A stretch of DNA of 64,000 bases from Candidatus Dormibacteria bacterium (GTDB lineage: Bacteria > Chloroflexota > Dormibacteria > Aeolococcales > Bog-877): positions 3,123 to 67,122 of the forward strand of contig JBOHUM010000099.1 of assembly GCA_050734515.1 (NCBI GenBank). Direction: 5' to 3'. Position numbers and translations under genes: made by a program. The notes below the pieces were generated by a model. The model was given only the letters and a program-made list of their open reading frames with translations. It did not search any database and was not told the origin of the DNA. Below, piece by piece: positions 60,763 through 64,000 of the stretch (position 1 is the stretch's first letter; every line of letters begins with the position of its first letter).

Positions 60763-62349
60763 CTACAGCTCCACCAGGTGGAGCCCGGTGACGCCGTCAA
60801 CCGCGCCCAGCCGGTCGGCGAGCTCGGCGCTGACGGGATCGTCGACCCTGACCGCCGTGACCGCTCGTCCCCGGGGAGCATCCCGGCCCACACGCATCTC
60901 GGCGATGTTGACATTGGCCTCCCCCAGCAGCCGCCCGATCGCCCCGATGAGTCCGGGCCGGTCCTGGTGGCGGAAGAACACGTAGGTGCCCTCGGGATCC
61001 AGGTCGAGGCGAAGGTCGTCCAGGCGCACGATCCTCGGCTCGCCGGCGGAGGTGGAGCCCTCGATCTCGTCAGGGCCGTCGCCGTCCACCCGGAGCACCA
61101 CCGAGCTTTCCCAGGGACCCGGTTGGGAGCGATGCTGCTCCCGGACCTCGATTCCATGCTGGCGGGCCACGGCGTGGGCGTTGACCCCGGTGACCCGATC
61201 CTGGGTGAAGTGGGCCAGGATCCCCCCCAAAGCCTCGGCGGTGATCGAAGTGGTCTGGGCCTCGGCCAGGCTGCCCCGGAACGCCAGCTCGACGGTTCGC
61301 ACCCGGCCGCCCCCCAACTGAGCGTAGAGGCTGCCCATCTGCCGCGCCAAGCCCTGATAGGGGACCACCAGGGCCACCTCCTCCGGCGCCACCGGCGGGG
61401 CGTTCACCGCCCACCGCGCGGGCAGACCGGCGAGGATCTCGGCGATCTGCTCGGCCACGTCGGTGGCCACCGAGAGCTGGGCCTCGACGGTGGAGGCCCC
61501 CAGGTGTGGGGTGACGAGCACGTTGGGCTGCGCCAGCAGGGGGTGGTCGGCGCCGGGAGGCTCTTTGGTGAAGACGTCAACGGCGGCGCCGGCAAGATGG
61601 CCCGAGGCCACCGCCTCGGCCAGAGCGGTCTCGTCCACGATCCCACCCCGGCCGACGTTGAGGACTCGCGCCCCCCGGGGGAGGCGGGCCAGCTCCTTCA
61701 CCCCCACCATCCCCCGGGTGGCGTCACTGAGGGGGGTGTGCACGGTGAGCACGTCCGACTGCGCCAGGAGTTCGTCGAGGCTGACCAGGCGCACGCCCAG
61801 CTGCTCGGCCCGCTCCGTGGAGACCAAGGGGTCGTGGGCCACGACCCGCATCTGCAGGCCCTCGGCCATCCTGGCCACCTCGCTGCCGATCTTGCCCAGC
61901 CCGATCACTCCCAGGGTTTTGCCCCGCAGCTCACTGCCCACCAGCAGCGAGCGCTCCCAGCGCCCCGCCCGCAGCGACCGGTCCCCCTTGGCGACGTTGC
62001 GGCACAGCGCCAGCAGCAGGGCCAGGGTGTGCTCGGCGGCGGCCACCGTGTTCCCGGTCGGGGCGTTAACCACCAGCACCCCCCGCGCGGTGGCGGCGGC
62101 CACGTCGATGTTGTCCACCCCCACCCCAGCCCGGCCAATCACCCTGAGGTTGGTGGCGGCGGCGATCACCGGGGCCGTGACCCTGGTCTCGCTGCGGACC
62201 ACCAGGGCCTGGAATGGGGCCACCCGGCCGATCAGCTCGAGCTCGGTCAGCTTGAGGGCCACCTCGACCTCGCCCGCCTTCTGGAGCCGCCGGATCCCAT
62301 CCTCGGCAATCGGATCCGCCACCAGGATCCGTGGCCGCGCCGGTGCCAC
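60763..62349 (-). CDS. serA: D-3-phosphoglycerate dehydrogenase (long form with ACT domain)
   Basis: GTG 62349 preceded by GGGAGG. RILVADPIAEDGIRRL...GVIGLGKIGSEVA...C-terminal ACT (...FFRHQDRPGLIGAIGRLLGEANVNIAEM). Confidence 0.93.
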   Translation of the reverse strand: MAPARPRILVADPIAEDGIRRLQKAGEVEVALKLTELELIGRVAPFQALVVRSETRVTAPVIAAATNLRVIGRAGVGVDNIDVAAATARGVLVVNAPTGNTVAAAEHTLALLLALCRNVAKGDRSLRAGRWERSLLVGSELRGKTLGVIGLGKIGSEVARMAEGLQMRVVAHDPLVSTERAEQLGVRLVSLDELLAQSDVLTVHTPLSDATRGMVGVKELARLPRGARVLNVGRGGIVDETALAEAVASGHLAGAAVDVFTKEPPGADHPLLAQPNVLVTPHLGASTVEAQLSVATDVAEQIAEILAGLPARWAVNAPPVAPEEVALVVPYQGLARQMGSLYAQLGGGRVRTVELAFRGSLAEAQTTSITAEALGGILAHFTQDRVTGVNAHAVARQHGIEVREQHRSQPGPWESSVVLRVDGDGPDEIEGSTSAGEPRIVRLDDLRLDLDPEGTYVFFRHQDRPGLIGAIGRLLGEANVNIAEMRVGRDAPRGRAVTAVRVDDPVSAELADRLGAVDGVTGLHLVEL

Positions 62350-62420
62350 CTCAACTGCCCTCCCAGCCAGACGCGTGCGGGTTGCGGCCGGTGGGCACGC
62401 TACCTCCCAGACGGTCCAGT

Positions 62421-63233
62421 CTATCCGCCGCTGGCGCCCGTCCCCCCTTGGTGCTCCCAGAGCCTCACACCGCCCAGCAGGCCGGCCGAATTGTCGACCA
62501 GCGAGACGTCGGCGGGAAGCTCCAGGGCGACGTGGGCGGAATTGCCTCCACCCACGTAGAGGTGGTCGAAGATCAGCAGCGTCCGCACCAGCTCCAGGAC
62601 CCGCTGGACTCGGCGGTTCCAGCGACGGTCGCCGGTCTGGTGGCGGGCCGCCTCCCCAACGTACTCGTTGTAGGTCTTGCCCTTGAGGCAGGGATGCTGG
62701 GCGAGCTCTAGGTGGACCCCCAGCTGGCCCTGGTAGAAGACGGCGGAGCCGAAGCCGGTCCCCAGCGTGACCACCACCTCCAGCCCCTTGCCGGAGATCA
62801 CCGCCATCCCCTGAACTTCGGCGTCGTTGCCCACCCGGGTGGGCTTGCCCAGGGCGGTGGCGCTGGCCTCGGCCAGGTCGTAGCGGAGCCACTTCTCCTG
62901 GAGCTCGGTGTCGACCGGGCTGCCGTCGCCCCTAGCCCGCACGAAGTGGGGCGCCGTGATCACCACCCCGTCCCGCACTACCCCTGGGAAGCCCACTGAG
63001 ACCCGGTCGAACGCCGGGCTGGCCTCGGCCAGCTCACGGAAGACCGCGACCAGGTCCGCGGGCCGCAGGGGGTAGTTGGTGTCCTGGCGCCGCCGCTCCG
63101 CCAGCGGCGCGCCTTGGCTGTCGAGGCACTCCGCCTTGATCCCGGTGCCGCCGACGTCGAGGCAGAGGGTCACAGGGCCCTCCCTCGGGGTGAGGGTCCC
63201 GGAGTTCGGGGCGTTCGCGGACCGGGATGGCAA
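62421..63233 (-). CDS. ppgK: ROK-family polyphosphate/ATP glucokinase-like protein
   Basis: LCLDVGGTGIK...GFPGVV...GNDAEVQG...TLGTGFGSA...ELAQHP...YVGGGNS. Confidence 0.8.
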   Translation of the reverse strand: MPSRSANAPNSGTLTPREGPVTLCLDVGGTGIKAECLDSQGAPLAERRRQDTNYPLRPADLVAVFRELAEASPAFDRVSVGFPGVVRDGVVITAPHFVRARGDGSPVDTELQEKWLRYDLAEASATALGKPTRVGNDAEVQGMAVISGKGLEVVVTLGTGFGSAVFYQGQLGVHLELAQHPCLKGKTYNEYVGEAARHQTGDRRWNRRVQRVLELVRTLLIFDHLYVGGGNSAHVALELPADVSLVDNSAGLLGGVRLWEHQGGTGASGG

Positions 63234-63310
63234 GCGCTCTAGCCTCCTGAACAGGTCCTTCCGCAGGTGACTTTAGCGCCCCCGCGGCGGGATGGCGCCC
63301 GCCCCAGGGC

Positions 63311-63544
63311 TCAGCGCTGATCGGTGGCGAACGGCAGCAGGGCCATGTGTCGGGCACGCTTGAGCGCCACCGTCAGGCGGCGCTGGTGCAAGGAGCAGGT
63401 GCCGGTCACGCGGCGCGGGAGGATCTTGCCGCGCTCGCTGATGTAGCGGCGCAAGCGCGAGACCTCCTTGTGGTCCACTTCGACGATCCGCTCCAGGCAG
63501 AAGTTGCAGACCTTGCGCGGGCGCCGGCGGGCGTACTCAGACAT
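63311..63544 (-). CDS. rpsR: 30S ribosomal protein S18
   Basis: ...CNFCLERIVEVDHKEVSRLRRYISERGKILPRRVTGTCSLHQRRLTVALKRARHMALLPF. Confidence 0.97.
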   Translation of the reverse strand: MSEYARRRPRKVCNFCLERIVEVDHKEVSRLRRYISERGKILPRRVTGTCSLHQRRLTVALKRARHMALLPFATDQR

Positions 63545-63582
63545 GGGCCGTGGCCGCCGCCAGCCGCGCCATCGCTGTCACC

Positions 63583-64000
63583 TCAGAAGGGGATGTCATC
63601 GGGGTCAATGTCCCCGTCTGGGCCCGGCCCCCCCGGGGCGCCGCCAGCCTCGTCTGGGGGCGGGCTCGCTGGGAACGGCTGCACCCGCGCTCCGCCCTCG
63701 CCGGCCTCGCCCGCCGCACCCCTCGCCTCCAGGAACTGGATGTCGTTGGCGTTGACTTCAGTGCGGTAGCGCTTCTGGCCGTCCTGGCCCTCCCAGGAGC
63801 GGGTTTGCAGCCTCCCCTCGATGTAAACCAGGCTGCCCTTGTGGAGGAATTGGCCGGCGAGCTCGGCGAGCTTGCGCTGACCGATGTTCCAGACAACCAC
63901 GTCGTGGTAGTCGGTGAACTCCCGGCGCTCGCCGTCCTGGGAACTGCCGTAGCGGTTGGTGGCCATCCGCAGCTGGGTCACCGGCTGACCGCTGGGCAGG
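63583..64000 (-). CDS. ssb: single-stranded DNA-binding protein; 5' end beyond the right edge
   Basis: ...HDVVVWNIGQRKLAELAGQFLHKGSLVYIEGRLQTRSWE...acidic tip DDIPF. The reading frame stays open to position 64000 (LPSGQPVTQLRMATNRY...). Confidence 0.93.
   Translation of the reverse strand, partial: LPSGQPVTQLRMATNRYGSSQDGERREFTDYHDVVVWNIGQRKLAELAGQFLHKGSLVYIEGRLQTRSWEGQDGQKRYRTEVNANDIQFLEARGAAGEAGEGGARVQPFPASPPPDEAGGAPGGPGPDGDIDPDDIPF

Noticed and set aside
60718-62559. 613-aa plus-strand ORF
   Set aside because: It is antisense to serA, whose frame carries the dehydrogenase and ACT motifs. The translation is low-complexity.
1-64000. CRISPR arrays, rRNA genes, tandem or interspersed long repeats
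   Set aside because: Reading through the window I saw no regularly spaced direct repeats and no rRNA-like conserved blocks. A computational repeat finder would be needed to exclude short or degenerate arrays.

Overview
Contiguous, very GC-rich chromosomal DNA (about 70% G+C by eye, not computed). Gene content looks like a monoderm Actinobacteria- or Chloroflexota-like soil bacterium: DUF1707, MMPL, Holin-X/DUF3618, DUF2342, MDMPI/DinB, OtsAB, polyphosphate glucokinase. I can support about 62 protein-coding genes, one tRNA-Lys(CTT), one frameshifted GNAT gene and a few regulatory sites. I found no rRNA, CRISPR array, transposase, integrase or phage genes. Layout: 1-9.3 kb is a minus-strand Tad/Flp-type pilus operon. 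9.4-12 kb holds an ECF sigma, an OmpR/PAS-kinase pair and tRNA-Lys. 12-16.7 kb is a tRNA-adjacent accessory islet (structured inverted repeat, TetR-VOC-DUF5519-cupin cassette, RHH antitoxin plus a duplicated MazF-like toxin, broken GNAT). 16.7-21 kb holds fabH-fabF and accD-accA. 21-27 kb holds MTHFR-like plus aromatic amino-acid decarboxylase, and a MacB/FtsX ABC exporter. 27-34 kb holds Holin-X/DUF3618, otsB/otsA and pntAA-AB-B. 34-41 kb holds a lipoprotein, folC, a low-GC DinB-like gene, eda and MMPL. 41-48 kb is a tightly coupled operon of unrelated genes (CGS-like, CitE-like, Cys-cluster protein, methyltransferase, acidic Trp-rich protein) followed by DUF2342 and GNAT. 48-64 kb holds CIRCE-groEL, PiT, two sigma/anti-sigma pairs, a SAM hydroxide adenosyltransferase plus nnrE, a LON-N domain protein, argS, trxA, FmdB, DUF1015, serA, ppgK, rpsR and ssb. 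Most very long ORFs in the six-frame track are GC-driven shadow or antisense ORFs. Many true starts are internal GTG, TTG or CTG codons that overlap the upstream stop (NTGA). Best candidates for something new: (1) the single-chain tandem MazF-like toxin with an RHH antitoxin; (2) recurrent Trp-acidic motifs in two disordered proteins, one of them a zinc anti-sigma factor; (3) the Tad operon with no pilin or peptidase, two lysine-less ParA-like genes and an unknown tail gene; (4) an orphan 18-bp perfect palindrome plus a decayed regulator fragment in front of MMPL. None of these can be shown to be undescribed without database searches, which I cannot run.
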